63,741 nt of DNA, filler included, from Octopus bimaculoides (GCF_001194135.2; 4 parts of 4 records of this genome joined end to end with filler, not necessarily neighbours in it); one strand, 5' to 3'. Shown: positions 1 through 13,060, counted from the whole stretch's first letter. Program-made: numbers and translations. The notes: generated by a model from the sequence alone, not told the origin.

Positions 1-2
1 TA

Positions 3-45
<43 letters not shown>

Positions 46-155
46 GACGAACTTCTATCAGTTTCCGTCGACGAAATCTATTCACAAGGCTTTGGTCGAT
101 CCGTGGCTGTAGAAGACATTTTCCCAAGATGCCATATAGCGGCATTGAACCCAAG
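46..155 (-). mobile_element. SINE module A (tRNA head + CORE-like CCTTGGGCAAG), truncated copy
   Basis: Similar to better copies at 27301-27456, 38258-38418 and 52859-53010; ends in a (TA)n tail. Confidence 0.7.
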
Positions 156-603
156 AAAAAGAGCCTTGTAAAGACAAGCAAGTGAGGCAGTATTAGATAC
201 GGGATGGTCACGAGTGGAACGCGTTCGATCACGTGTCTGCTCGATTAGAGTTTCTGTTTGAAGCTCCATCGCAAGACTTCCTCTTTAATTGGCAGCAGTT
301 GCCAAGACAACGAATGTATGAAAATAACGTCACCTAGTCTCATCTGCTTACAATAAACTACTGTGTGTGTATATATATGCATGTATGTGTGTGTTCGTGT
401 ATATGTGTTCGTGTGTGCATGTGCATGTTTGTATGTGTGTGTGTCTGTGTACGCGTGTGTATGTATGTATATGTGCATGTATGTATATATACATATGTGT
501 GTGTATATGAAAATGCGTATATGTATATGTGCGTGTACACCCACAAGTATGTATGTATGTATGTATGTATGTATGTATGTATGTATCTATCTATCTATCT
601 ATC

Positions 604-634
<31 letters not shown>

Positions 635-820
635 CATACATACACCCACACACACACACACATATATATATATACAAACATGCATTCACGCACGCGCATG
701 CACACCTATGCATACATGACCCCACACAGACACACAAACACATTTGTATGTGTGTATGTGTGCGTGTGTGTGTGTGTATCTGTCTGTGTTTGTCTACATG
801 TATGCATATATATATGTGTG

Positions 821-864
<44 letters not shown>

Positions 865-1086
865 TATATACACATGCATATACACAGATACATATACACA
901 TGCATACTTGTAGAACACACACACACATATGTACATACACACGCGTTTCCGTATATACCTACATTCCTGTACGCATGCCCTACAATGATAACAACATATC
1001 GCCACTCTAGCGACATCAAATACCATTTTCCTCCCGTACCTCATATGATCGGACACGTTTTTTAGATGACGACGTTAACGCGTATG

Positions 1087-1130
<44 letters not shown>

Positions 1131-1276
1131 GAGAAATAGGGAGAGAACGAGAAAGTGAAAGAGGGAGGGAGAAAGGTAGAGAGAAAGAAAGAGAGAGAGT
1201 GAGACGAATGTGGTCTTGCGTATTAAAAAAAGATATGAAACGTAATGTAGGAGGATAATGTTTACGTAAGCGGATG

Positions 1277-1321
<45 letters not shown>

Positions 1322-1392
1322 CATAGATAGATACATAGATAGATAGATACATACATACATACATACATACATACATAGACAGACAGACAGAC

Positions 1393-1474
<82 letters not shown>

Positions 1475-1792
1475 TTAGATGGACACATAGATACACGTAA
1501 AAATAGTGGGGCACCACTTCTTATGGTAGATAGATAACTAGTTAGTTATATAAATAAGGCACCGACTTCACACAGTGCACATTATCTATAGATTGTGATT
1601 GTGTGTTTTGTTGAAATTAAAACGTTGTTGTTAATGCTGTAGCTGTTGCTAAGGTAGTGGTAAGCTGTTGCTATGGAACAACTTTGTTCAGCTCGACTAG
1701 AGTATTAAAAACTCTGTTGAGGTTACAAAATATTGTGTTGGTTAGTAATCGTTGGAGCAAGCTGCATACTGCATGTGTGCGTGTGTGTGCGT

Positions 1793-1845
<53 letters not shown>

Positions 1846-2037
1846 TGTGTGTGTGAACATGCTCAGCTCAGCTTGGGCGCACCAAGGTTGGTATTTTTGT
1901 TGTTGAAGTCCTCACTGCTGTCACGTGACGTGACTTTATAATGCTAATTAGTTAATGTTGAACAATATATCTAAAAGAAGGCTAACACATCACACACATA
2001 TGCACACACATACACACATATACACTCACACAGTCTT

Positions 2038-2193
2038 GGCTGTGTGGTTAAGAAGTTCAGTTAACAACTACCTTTTTCCGGGTTCAACTTCCATTGCGTG
2101 GTACCTTGGGCAAGTATCCTCTACTATAATTCCGGGCCAACCAATGCCTTGTGAGAGAATTTGGTAAACGGAAATTGTGTGCAAGCCTGTCGT
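2038..2193 (+). mobile_element. SINE module A, diverged copy
   Basis: TGTGTGGTTAAGAAG...CCGGGTTCAA...CCTTGGGCAAGT...CCTTGTGAG...TTTGGTAAACGGAAA matches the other A copies. Confidence 0.7.
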
Positions 2194-2430
2194 GTATATT
2201 TGTACATGTACAGATGACTTGAGTTTTAATGTGTTCCATGGAACAGAGAGCTTTAGTCGGACGATAGTAACGTACCAGTTGATAGTTATAGCTTTTGATT
2301 TTTAGCAAACGCCTTTGTCTACGGAAATGGTTTATGAAAGCTCTCCATATTGTTTTTCTAAAAAAAAAAAAAAGACGCCAGAACATTTGAAAAGAATTTT
2401 TGGCACGATATTGTCATCAACAACATAGCT

Positions 2431-2539
2431 TTAGGTGTTTTCGCTCAATAAACACTCACAGCGCCCGGTCTGGGAATCGGGGCCGCGATCCGATGACCAC
2501 GAGTCCACTGCCCTAACCACTGGGCCATTGCGCCTCCAC
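2431..2539 (-). mobile_element. SINE module C (TGTGGAGGCGCAATGGCCCAGTGG head), 5' part only
   Basis: Reverse complement of the 5' part of 25611-25959; A-box-like TGGCCCAGTGG; B-box region diverged. Confidence 0.75.
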
Positions 2540-2916
2540 TGTGTGTGTGTATATATATANNNNNNNNNNNNNNNNNNNNNNNNNNNNNNNNNNNNNNNNN
2601 NNNNNNNNNNNNNNNNNNNNNNNNNNNNNNNNNNNNNNNNNNNNNNNNNNNNNNNNNNNNNNNNNNNNNNNNNNNNNNNNNNNNNNNNNNNNNNNNNNNN
2701 NNNNNNNNNNNNNNNNNNNNNNNNNNNNNNNNNNNNNNNNNNNNNNNNNNNNNNNNNNNNNNNNNNNNNNNNNNNNNNNNNNNNNNNNNNNNNNNNNNNN
2801 NNNNNNNNNNNNNNNNNNNNNNNNNNNNNNNNNNNNNNNNNNNNNNNNNNNNNNNNNNNNNNNNNNNNNNNNNNNNNNNNNNNNNNNNNNNNNNNNNNNN
2901 NNNNNNNNNNNNNNNN

Positions 2917-2975
<59 letters not shown>

Positions 2976-3072
2976 CGTGTGTGCGTGTGTGTGCATTACA
3001 TATGTATGTCTGCATATATATGTATACGTATGTATATGTATACATATATTTATATTTGTGTGTATGTACATC

Positions 3073-3252
3073 TTTGCGTTTGTCCCCACCCGCCAAGGCT
3101 TCACATCCGGCGTTGGCTTGTTTACGTCTCTGTAACTTATTGATTTGACATATGGAGACGGTTAGAATACACGTCAGTCTTTGAATAAGTACTGGGATCG
3201 ATTTGTTCAACTAAAGCCTCCAAAAACTGAAACGTGTAAAAGAACAAACAAA
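3073..3252 (+). mobile_element. SINE module B (3' module that follows a microsatellite)
   Basis: Similar to 26060-26262 and 37700-37890. Confidence 0.55.
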
Positions 3253-3631
3253 TCATAATGTTCGATAAACCCCACAGAATCTTTGTGCTTACTTTACCAA
3301 TAAGCATCAGCTAGGCGAGGAAGTAATGAAGATTCTGTTGACGCGTAAAACCAGCTGCGACATTTTCTGAGATGACTCAACAACAGACTGGTCGGGCTTA
3401 TGGTGGTGGTGCCGCCTTCACCGCCGCCGCCACCACCACCACCACCACCACCACTACCAACAACATCAACACCAAAACTGAATGGTAAAGATTGGAATTA
3501 CGACTGTTTTTCTCTCTAAGAATGGCGTTTTCGTGTAATTGACTTTTGGTGATCTTTCGCTTCATGTACATATTTCCATGTTATAGCAAACAAAGAACTA
3601 AAAGGAAAAAATAAATCATATCATATAAGCA

Positions 3632-4011
3632 TGGCCGTGTGGTTCAGAAAGCCGCTTTGCAACCACTTAGTCTCTCGATCAGTCCCACTGCATGGCATCT
3701 TGGATAAATGTCTTCCAGCTGAACCGACGAATGTCCTGTGAATGAATTTTTTCGACGGAAATGAGGAAACTTATTGTGTGTGTGTGATGCGCGTGCGTGT
3801 TCTTGTTTCATTTCCCACCGTTTAACAACCCGTGTTTGTTGGTTTACGTTCTCCTAACTTAGCAGTTCAGCAAAAAGGCCATTAGAATAAGTACCATAAT
3901 TACAAAAAAGTAATTACTAGAGTCGATTTGTTTGACTAAAACCCTTCAAGGCGATGCTCCAACATGGCCGCAGTCCAGTTGCTGAAAGTAGTAAAAGTTG
4001 ATGATAAAAAG
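3632..4011 (+). mobile_element. Composite SINE: A + (TG)n + B, diverged
   Basis: A-like 3632-3775, short TG tract, then B-like 3800-4011. Confidence 0.6.
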
Positions 4012-4527
4012 ATATCGTTCCGTTTTATGTTAATTTCAATAATTAAGAATTATATGATTTTCTTTCATTTTCGTTTCACATTGTTGTTGATGCTGTTTAT
4101 GTACTCAGAACGAAAGGTCACCTGATGCGGATTTTCACGTAACACGTGACATTTTGGTTTTACCGTTTTGTTAAGTGCTTATTTGAAGCTATCATAGACC
4201 ATGTATGCATACATGCACTACTTTTGTACAAACATACATGCATACAAACATACATACAAACACACATACACACACACACACGCACATATATATATATATA
4301 TATATATATATCTTTTAAATTCGTTTATGGTAACGTTAGTGGTATGCAAATAAAGCTCCTATTTCATTTTGCCGACTACCGACTAATGATACTGAATAGT
4401 CAGTTAGTTTTTCAGGGTTGCATCATGGTTATACCGACGTAATGTGGGATAAATATATTAATAACAATAGTTCTAGGATGGAATTTTAAAATGCCATCCG
4501 AGAATTGCTGTTATTAGTATTATTATT

Positions 4528-7190
4528 GTTGTTGTTGTCGCCGGACCTGGACGTTATTTTCGGAGCTCCGTGTGTGCCTTGTTTACCTTTAAAAAGATTG
4601 TTATTGTTACATTTTATTGTTATAACTTGTGACTAAGTTAATCTAGTTCATATTGGTCTGATTAATAGTGTTATTATTTTTGCCCTGCAGATCAAACATC
4701 ACTCGAAAAGAAAATTAATTTTCCTTTCAAAATTTGCAAAATTTAATATGGCGTCGTCGTCTTTGTCAGTGAGTCAACAAGAGTGGGAAGTAGGAGGAGA
4801 TGTAGAATGCGAAATTGTCTTTCGCCGTCACTCGCCCCCACTCAATCTAGATGTAAATGATAGTGGTAGTAACAGGAGGAGTAGCAACAGCAATGACACT
4901 AACAACCACAGTGGAAGCGTCAGGTGTAATGAGAATTCGATGAGAATTCGATCAAGGAAGCACGAAATATAACTAGCAGAAGCCAATGGCGCAAGGAAAA
5001 TATCATCACCACCACCACTACGACCATCACACAAATCAGTAAAATTTCGAACAAAGAAAGAGAAGGTTCAAGCAGAAATAACGTTTCCTTCGCAAAAGTT
5101 ACAAATAAGTCTGAAATTATGTCGTTAAAAGATAAGGAAGAACATTTAAAGGAAGCTGAGAGGATTATAAGACGTGAAGAAAGAAAGGCCACACTAAATG
5201 TGACTCAAAACCTGCTAGAAGCAACTGAAAAAAACTAACAAAAAATAATCATGTACAGATGTCTGTCCATGAAAAGAAGACTGGAAAAAATACCATCAGA
5301 CCAATCCGAACTCAGTAGTGGCATAGAAACCGATGTTCTTGCAGCGAGATTGGTTCTGAACCAATTCTTCAACACCAAGCATGAAGGTTGCATTGTCAGA
5401 GCTAGGGCACGTGCTCTAAGACACGAGGGAATGAATGCCTTTCGATGGGCCCGAGTGGCCGAGGCGCAACGTGGCAATAAAACCACAATTCAGTCTTTGA
5501 TGGGTCAGGACGGGCGCATGCTTCGCGAGTCCAAGCAGATTTGTACGGAATTTCAGCGGCACTTTGCTGAACAGTACGAGGCGCGTGGTAGTTCGGAGGC
5601 AGAGGTGAACTTCACATCCTACCTCGATGGACTGCCGCGGCTTTCGGTCAGGGATGTGGATTTCTGCGAAATGCCGATAACAGCGGAAGATATACGTGAC
5701 GCACTGGACAGTTGCACGATGGAGAAGTCTCCGGGATTGAATGGTCTGCCCTTCGAACTTTATATTCATATGCCAGACTTGTTCGGTGAGATTTTGGTAG
5801 AAGTCTACCGCAACTGGCAGCAAAACAGGAGAATCCCCAGATATGTGAGCCGAGGTGTGGTGACGCTACCGAGAAAGGATCCGAACAAGGGGGACATTGT
5901 TGAGAACTTTAGGCCTGTAACTCTGCTAAATGCAGATTACAAAATTTTAGCCAAGGTGTTAGCAAAGAGGTTGGTGCTTGTCGTGGCCAGAATGGTGGGT
6001 GATGTGCAGACTTGCGCTAGCGCCAACAGATCTATCCACGACAACCTCCACCTCACGCGATGCATCATAGAGAAGATTGGTAAAGAATCTGGCATGGGTG
6101 GTGCCCTGATCAATTTGGATCAGTCGAAAGCCTTTGATAGGGCTGACCATTGGTACTTGGAGGCTGTCCTTATAGCAGCTGGCTTCGGTTCCGTTTTCAG
6201 AGGCTGTGATAGTGTCGGATGTCTCTGAAATAGAGATGGTCGGTACTACAGTGACAGGAGCAATGATTAACCAGGGGAAATCAGTGGGCTTGCAGCTCGG
6301 CACCTGGAGAGGCAGGTCCATGCCGACCGACAGCGTTGTGAGGCACTGGACGGAAGGACCGGTTAAGTTGCTCGGAGACACTCTGAGTGTTGAGAGAGAT
6401 CAACTGGCAGGTCTCTTCTGGAGGACTTTCGTGCCGCGGCCTATGGATAATATCCAGAAATCTCTTTCCTAGAAGTGCTACAGGGGGCGGGGCGCTGCCG
6501 GTTCATGATAAGCTCTACAGGTATAGATGTGCAGTCATACAGTCTTGTCTGAGACGCATGCGGAGCGAGGAAACCGTTCTGCATGCACTAGTACAGTGTC
6601 CGCTCATTGCTGACTTGTAGAGCTACGTCAAACAGTTATTGTCACGTGTTAGACGGATCCGGCTATCGTCCGTGTCCATCGTGAAGATTGCCCCGCCTCT
6701 TTCCTTTGGCCGGGAAGGAAAGGCAGTTTTTCTCTGTCTGGTGTCTATGACGAAAGAGGTTATATAGTGGACGCGACTGAAAGGGCTGAAAATGGGTACC
6801 TTCCTCTTTGGCCAAGGCTTCATTGACTTTTTCAGGTTCCACCCGAAAAGGAAGCTGAGACTGGAGAGGGAGGTGCTGTCACCCAGTAAGTTTGTCGAAA
6901 GGTGGATGAATGTAGTAAGGATGACCCGTATGAATGGACCTACTCTACGTGTGCGCCTGTAGGCCAGATGGAGCGAGGAGAAGAGGGGTGCTGCTTGGTG
7001 TTAGGGGCCCAAAATGGGTGACGTTGCTTTGGTCACCTCTCGGTGGATCTCCCCGCCTATTGGGGAATTATATATTGTTGGGTAATTTTCTTTGTTGATT
7101 GTTGTGTTTTGCTGTTTACACGTATAATCTCATTGTCCCTCGTCTGTGTATTGTCCATTATGTTTCGTGTTCGGACGTTATGACCAATAA
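4528..7190 (+). mobile_element. Internally deleted Tx1/L1-clade non-LTR retrotransposon
   Basis: ORF1-like N-terminus from ATG 4748; ORF2 remnants with KSPGLNGLP, NFRPVTLLNADYKILAK, DQSKAFDR; RT thumb region INQGKS; degenerate zf-RVT (CLRRMRSEETVLHALVQC); 3' AATAAA; 12-bp direct repeat AGTATTATTATT at 4516-4527 and 7191-7202. Confidence 0.85.
5251..6228 (+). pseudogene. Reverse transcriptase fragment (RT domains 0-3) of the Tx1/L1 element; lacks the endonuclease and YADD
   Basis: 325-aa ORF with L1/Tx1 RT motifs; at about 6205 it jumps to post-YADD sequence in another frame. Confidence 0.9.
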
Positions 7191-7198
7191 AGTATTAT

Positions 7199-7242
<44 letters not shown>

Positions 7243-7324
7243 AGCCAATGTATTTTCCATTATGAAGCAAAATGTTGAGAAGGAATGGATGTAAAAGATA
7301 TCTGGGTGGATAGAAATGCCACAA

Positions 7325-8215
7325 GTATTGCGATAAATGTAGATTAGCAGTAGATTTGCAGTAGATTTGCAGTTTTTGCGCAATGGATTAGCTGTAGATA
7401 TTGCAATAAGTGAGCAATAGAATGCAATATATTGTAGTCAGTATGCAGTACATGCAGAATAGATATGCTATAGACATTGCAATTAATGTGAAGTTGATAT
7501 TACAGAAGACATTGCAGATATACAGTACAATTTCTATGCACGATGTGCCGCAGATTTGCTGTAGATATTGCAGTATGTGCGAATGTGATATTGATATTGC
7601 AGCGGGTATTCAGTAGACCTGCAGTAAACATTACAGAAGATATTAAGCTGCTATTGCAGTAGACGTGCAGTAGATATTGCAAGAGATATTCAGTAGATAT
7701 TCCAGTAGATGTGGTGTGAAGTAGATCTTGCAGTAGATATGCAGTGGATATTGCAAAAGATAATCAGCAGATATTGCAATAGATGTACTTGAAGAAAGTA
7801 TTGCAGTAGACATGTAGTGTTGCGGCAGATGTGCAGTGGATATCGTAGGAGATATTCAGCAGATATTGCAGTAGATGTACTTGAAGTAAGTATTGCAGTG
7901 GTTATGCAGTGGATATTGTTGCAGATATTCAGTAGATATTGCAGTAGATGTGCTGTAGAATATGTATTGCAATAGACAGGCAATGAATATTACAGAAAAT
8001 ATTCGTTAGATGTACAATGAAGTAAATATTGCAATAGGCGTGCAGTGGATATTGCAGGAGATACTCAGTAGATATGGCAGTAGATGTGCTGTGAAACCGG
8101 TGTCTGCAGTACGTGTTCTGTAAAAATAATATACATTACAAAATATGTTGCAGTAGTTTTACAGCATATACTGCTATAGATTTGCAGTAGATTAATGCCG
8201 TAGGTATTGCAGTGG
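7325..8215. repeat. Degenerate (GCAGTAGATATT)-type minisatellite with about 73-bp higher-order unit
   Basis: 11-12-bp subunits; higher-order units start at 7654, 7728 and 7801. Confidence 0.8.
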
Positions 8216-8571
8216 AGCCGAGCAAGTTGCTGCTAACCGAAGTGCGCAGTTTGCTTACACTGACAGTTTATCGATCTGTAATGATGGTTCACTCCAGGAA
8301 AAAGAACTTATGTATTGATATATAGATATATAGATATACGTTCTCATCGTTTGATGACACGACACCCGTATAGTTTCACTCTCTCTTTCTTTCTCTGTTT
8401 TTCTCTCTTCCTTCTCTCTCTCTCTCTCTCTCTCCCCTTCTCTCTCTCTCTCTCTCTCTCTCCTTCTCTTAATCTATCTCTTTTTATCAGCTTCTCTCTA
8501 TTTCTCGTCTCTTTCTCTTCTTTCTTGCTTATCGTTCTACTCTCTCACTGTCTTCTTTTCTTACTTTCCAT

Positions 8572-8666
8572 TCTTCTTCTTCTTCTTCTTCTTCTTCTTC
8601 TTCTTCTTCTTCTTCTTCTTCTTCTTCTTCTTCTTCTTCTTCTTCTTCTTCTTCTTCTTCTTCTTC
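8572..8666. repeat. (TTC)n microsatellite running into a gap
   Basis: Perfect trinucleotide run; source of the poly-L/E/K/R ORFs. Confidence 0.95.
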
Positions 8667-8878
8667 NNNNNNNNNNNNNNNNNNNNNNNNNNNNNNNNNN
8701 NNNNNNNNNNNNNNNNNNNNNNNNNNNNNNNNNNNNNNNNNNNNNNNNNNNNNNNNNNNNNNNNNNNNNNNNNNNNNNNNNNNNNNNNNNNNNNNNNNNN
8801 NNNNNNNNNNNNNNNNNNNNNNNNNNNNNNNNNNNNNNNNNNNNNNNNNNNNNNNNNNNNNNNNNNNNNNNNNNNNNN

Positions 8879-8927
<49 letters not shown>

Positions 8928-10059
8928 TGCGTGCGTGAGAGAGAGAGAGAGAGAGAGAGAGAGACCCAGGCAAAAACTGAGAGACTGAGAAAAGAGAGAC
9001 TGACAGAGACAAACAAAGAAAGAGAAAAAGAAAGACAGAGACAGAAAGTGAGAGAGTAAGAGAAAGAGAGTAAGAGAAAGAGAGTAAAAGAGAGAGGGGG
9101 ACAGACAGACAGCGATAAAGACAGAGAGAGAGCCACACAGACAAAGACTGTGTGAGAGAGAGAAAAAGAGAGAGAGAGAGAGAAAAAGAGAGAGAGAGAG
9201 AAAAAGAGAGAGAGAGAGAAAAAGAGACAGAGAAAAAAAGACAGACAGGCAGACAGACAAACCGACAAAGACTGACAGACAAACTGACAGAGAGCAGACA
9301 TGCTGGCAAGCAAGCAATCAGGCCAAAGATAGGAATGGTTAATTTACAATGTCACACTTTGATCTTGCAGCGTTTCAATCACGTGAAATACTGTATACAA
9401 TAATAGTCTTCTATTATAATTCCATTCACATCCAAGATGCATTACAGTAATATAACCTTGTGATACATAACCACGTGAAACAGCATCATTATTATCATGT
9501 GATATTCAGCAAAATTCTCAACTCAGCTCTATTGTCATATCATAGATCTTTATCACTGCTGTGTGATATCACACTCCACCACGTGGTTAACTAAGGTTCG
9601 AGTGCTGACTGTAAACAGCGAAGAGCAAATAATGTCAAGAATGTTGGTAGCAACACATAGTACTAGATCCCTTATCCGGCTTCGGAATTCGGAAGTACTG
9701 AGCAATATACCGTCTCCTGCATTGAGTAAACAGACCCTGTTTTTGAAGTTGGTTAATTAGTATTCGGTTGAAAATAGTTTTGTTCTTTTCTGTTTTTCTT
9801 TTAATGTAGATTGATAAAGCACAATCTACTTTAGAAGCGTATTAATTTGTACCTGTATCAGTTAAATAAAATCATGTTCTTTATTTTTCTTTGTTTAATT
9901 TTCATCTTTTAAACATTGTAGGGTATATATGATACAGTATGATATATTTTAAGGGTTTTAAGAGAAGTAACATATACCAAACAGACCCTGCTTTAGAAGT
10001 GTATTAATCTGAATCTGTTAAATACAATTTGTCTCTTTACTTTTAAGTAATATATTTAG

Positions 10060-10260
10060 ATTATCACCAGGAAACCGGAAACTCCAGAAATCCGAGCCAC
10101 CTCTACATCCAAGCTTATCGAAAAAGTAGTTCAGTACAGTATACTATTTCTAACAAGGAACAGAAAGGTTGTACTTGGGATAATGGAGCTGAATATAGTG
10201 AAATAGAGCAGAACCTGCAATATATGGTTCACAAGAAACTTCATCTTTTTATACTAGAAG
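10060..10260 (+). CDS. Candidate unannotated coding exon (speculative; 3' boundary unknown)
   Basis: Pyrimidine tract plus TTTAG acceptor ending at 10059; frame is stop-free 10047-10364 (DYHQETGNSRNPSHLYIQAYRK...GAEYSEIEQ); no convincing donor; no homology recognised. Confidence 0.2.
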
Positions 10261-11142
10261 ACAAAATGTGTACACTCATAACACGTGCGCGAGCGATTAC
10301 ACACATGCATACACATACACATAGATATATATATACACACATACAGCAATTTGTGTATCGTACTTAAAGCAGACACGTTGTCGAAAGCCTTGTAACGACG
10401 AGATTTAATGTCATAATGCATAAGAGAAAATTCAGGATCACCAAATGTAAAGACGAAATTTTAATGTGAAGATGTGTTGGTGAATTGAATGGAGAACAAT
10501 AAGAATTAATTACTGAGATGGACATTTATTAAAACTGATTATAATATTAGTCGTTACAGTATATAACAAATATACAAATTCGTCTGGTTGTTTGTGTACA
10601 CATGTTATTTGTAGATGTAAAATATTTGTCTCTGATTCCATGGCTCATTGTATATGTTAGTCGTTTTGTTTCATCACTGAGAGAGGTAGAATGGTACAGT
10701 AACATCTTGACTCATGCGATAGCGCATGTAAAGAAACTATGCTCTTGGTAGGTGTCGAATTTACGAAAGAGGTCGGCGAATATTTGGTTGTGTATCTATA
10801 GTGGTGCTAGCTAAAGTATGTCGAGCTAAAACAATAGGGTTCTTTGTCCCTAATCAGGTTCGACCCGAGAATGCCTCGAAATAGGTCTAAGAGGTGAATT
10901 CATTCTCATTAATCTCTCAGTGCAACTGGCGAGGACAACAGGCCAAGGATTTGTTTCACTATATGGAAAAATGTAGATTCATTTTTGAATCTTAGTTTAG
11001 ACATTCTGTAACTATTCACTACAGCCTTATAAACTGCAGTATTTGTCTCGAGATAGTTTCTCTTATTGCTGTATAGTGTTAAAAAAAAACAACTTAAATA
11101 TATCAATAGTAAATGAAAATCGCCCAGCAGTAGTGAAGGCAT

Positions 11143-11186
11143 TGCTAGATACGTATCTCTGCGTATTGAGACTTCATCAGTAGCAA
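11143..11186 (-). ncRNA. Degenerate minimal type I hammerhead ribozyme motif
   Basis: Minus strand reads TTGCTA-CTGATGA-AGTCTCAATACGCA-GAGA-TACGTA-TC-TAGCAA: 6-bp stem I, intact CUGAUGA, palindromic stem III, AUC site; GAAA changed to GAGA and stem II is poor. Confidence 0.5.
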
Positions 11187-12059
11187 ACAACGTCTATAAA
11201 AGATACTATCTCAAGACGAATGCTGCAAGATATCCGGCTTCCAACGAGATTGCCATTATGAACTAATACTACTTCTGTCGCTCATAACCAACATGCTTAT
11301 AAGTATATGTGCAGGGAACATCATAGTACTATTACCACCTCGGTAGTTTATGGACGCCTGTGATGCGCAAAAAGTTAATATTGTAATTATAAACAGTGTA
11401 AAAAAATTTGAAATAGATAGATATAACGTTGTAGCACATTGGTAAGAAACTAGGTGCTAGAAATCGAGAAAATGCTTGCACAGACAAGATCAGGTTTAGA
11501 TAGAAAGAGTTGTGAGGCAATTAGAAGGGTCAATATTTATTCATCCATCCATCCACCCATCCATCTATCTATCCACCCATCCATCCATCCATCCATCCAT
11601 CCAATGGCATAACGTCTTTTAAAGATAAGAGTACACTGTTAATTAAATGTTGTGTTCCCATTTATTTAATCACTTAAGATCCAGACTGAATAGAAAGGTA
11701 ATTTTTTGTTCTTTTAAATTATGTAAGTTTTAATGCAAACATTTAAAATTAACCTAATATCATTATTGGCAGTCTCAATGACGTCACAAAAATGAGCTTC
11801 ACTTAATTTGAGAATATTTTAGCTCTGTTGTATTTAATATTATCTCAAAACGAATCAAAGAAATAAAAGATCTAATAAATTTCAAAAGACATCCTGACAA
11901 ATTTCTTCAAAGGATACCTGACAAACTACCTACAACCGGCCACAAATTCTATCAAGTGATGCTATTAAGTTAAACATGACCTGAATCAATTTGAGCCGGA
12001 ACATATACAAGTATATTTAAGTTTGTTTTAATTTATAATGTCGTTTTTTCCCCCCAAAT

Positions 12060-13060
12060 AAAACGGAGTGTGTACATTAAGGAAAGTAAAATCATGACAC
12101 ATATTATCGGTTTTGTGTTTCTCAAAACTGCTTCACATTCACAGGACGTTAATCATATCAGCTGGAATTTCTTCTTATTTTTGAGTTATATAATCATACA
12201 ATTCACTCAATTTCCAAGATTTCTTTACTTAAATACTCACGTCGACCTGTTTCCATAGGTTTTCTATTGAATTTAAATCCCCCAAAATTTCTTGAACTTG
12301 TACAGTACGCTTCGAGCTGTCAAGCTAAAAAATCTACGAACTGCTCAAATGACTTTTGGCATACGGAAGCATTAATCTCCTTTAACATATACGGATCGAG
12401 ATGCCTTTGACCTGATGTATCAGACCGGCTCCTTTTCTAGGTATACAACCCCAAACCATAACATTGCCACCACCATGGTTAGCAGCCGTATTTATGCACT
12501 CCGGTTGAAATTCTCTCTAAGAGACGGAGTGCAGGATCTGTCGAAAATGCACTCGATTTCAAAGACGAACAAATTAAATTTCGACTCATCCGACCACAAG
12601 ATTTTTGACCTGTCTTACCTATCTTATTTTTCTGAGAAAACTAAGATGAGAGTATGTCATCCCATCCACTTCCATGCTACATAAAAATTGTACGTCTTTT
12701 TAGACGCAAGAGGGCACGTAAACCCAAATCATATCCATCGAAATTTCAAGGCAGCAACACCAATTTGCAGGTAGCATTTCTATTGAACATCTTCGGTTAA
12801 CGGCTGTTATTTTCTTGCTTCTCGTTGTCAAGCAATGACTGTATCGAAACTCATCACTTCGAATTGTCTGTCGCGACTGTCAGAATAGCCATCAATTTCT
12901 TTGAAGATGCCTACAGCATTGTAAGTAGTAATTACTGAATATCCAATTCCAACAGCTATCGCTCGAAAAGTTCTTTTCAGCATATGATATTGGACAATTC
13001 TTGATCACATCTCCCATGGAAGCCTTTTTTTCTTTACCCTCTAAAAAACGAGAGACAAGG
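12060..13060 (-). pseudogene. Tc1-like (DD34E) transposase relic
   Basis: Manual translation across frameshifts gives KILWSDESKFNLF, HGGGNVMVWGC, MLPYA and DLNSIENLWKQ; multiple stops. Confidence 0.85.

Noticed and set aside
245-1517. Many 60-180-aa ORFs (poly-CV, YI, HT, LS)
   Set aside because: Translations of (TG)n, (TA)n, (GA)n and (GATA)n microsatellites; the same applies to similar ORFs throughout the window.
2431-3210. Long ORFs containing X runs (also at about 8.3-9.3, 20.6-25, 31-32.4, 35.7-36.6, 50-53 and 62.4-63.2 kb)
   Set aside because: Open only because N gaps contain no stop codons.
10650-11350. Possible RTE C-terminal relic
   Set aside because: Similarity is marginal, and part of the region is better explained by the inverted-repeat and hammerhead structure.
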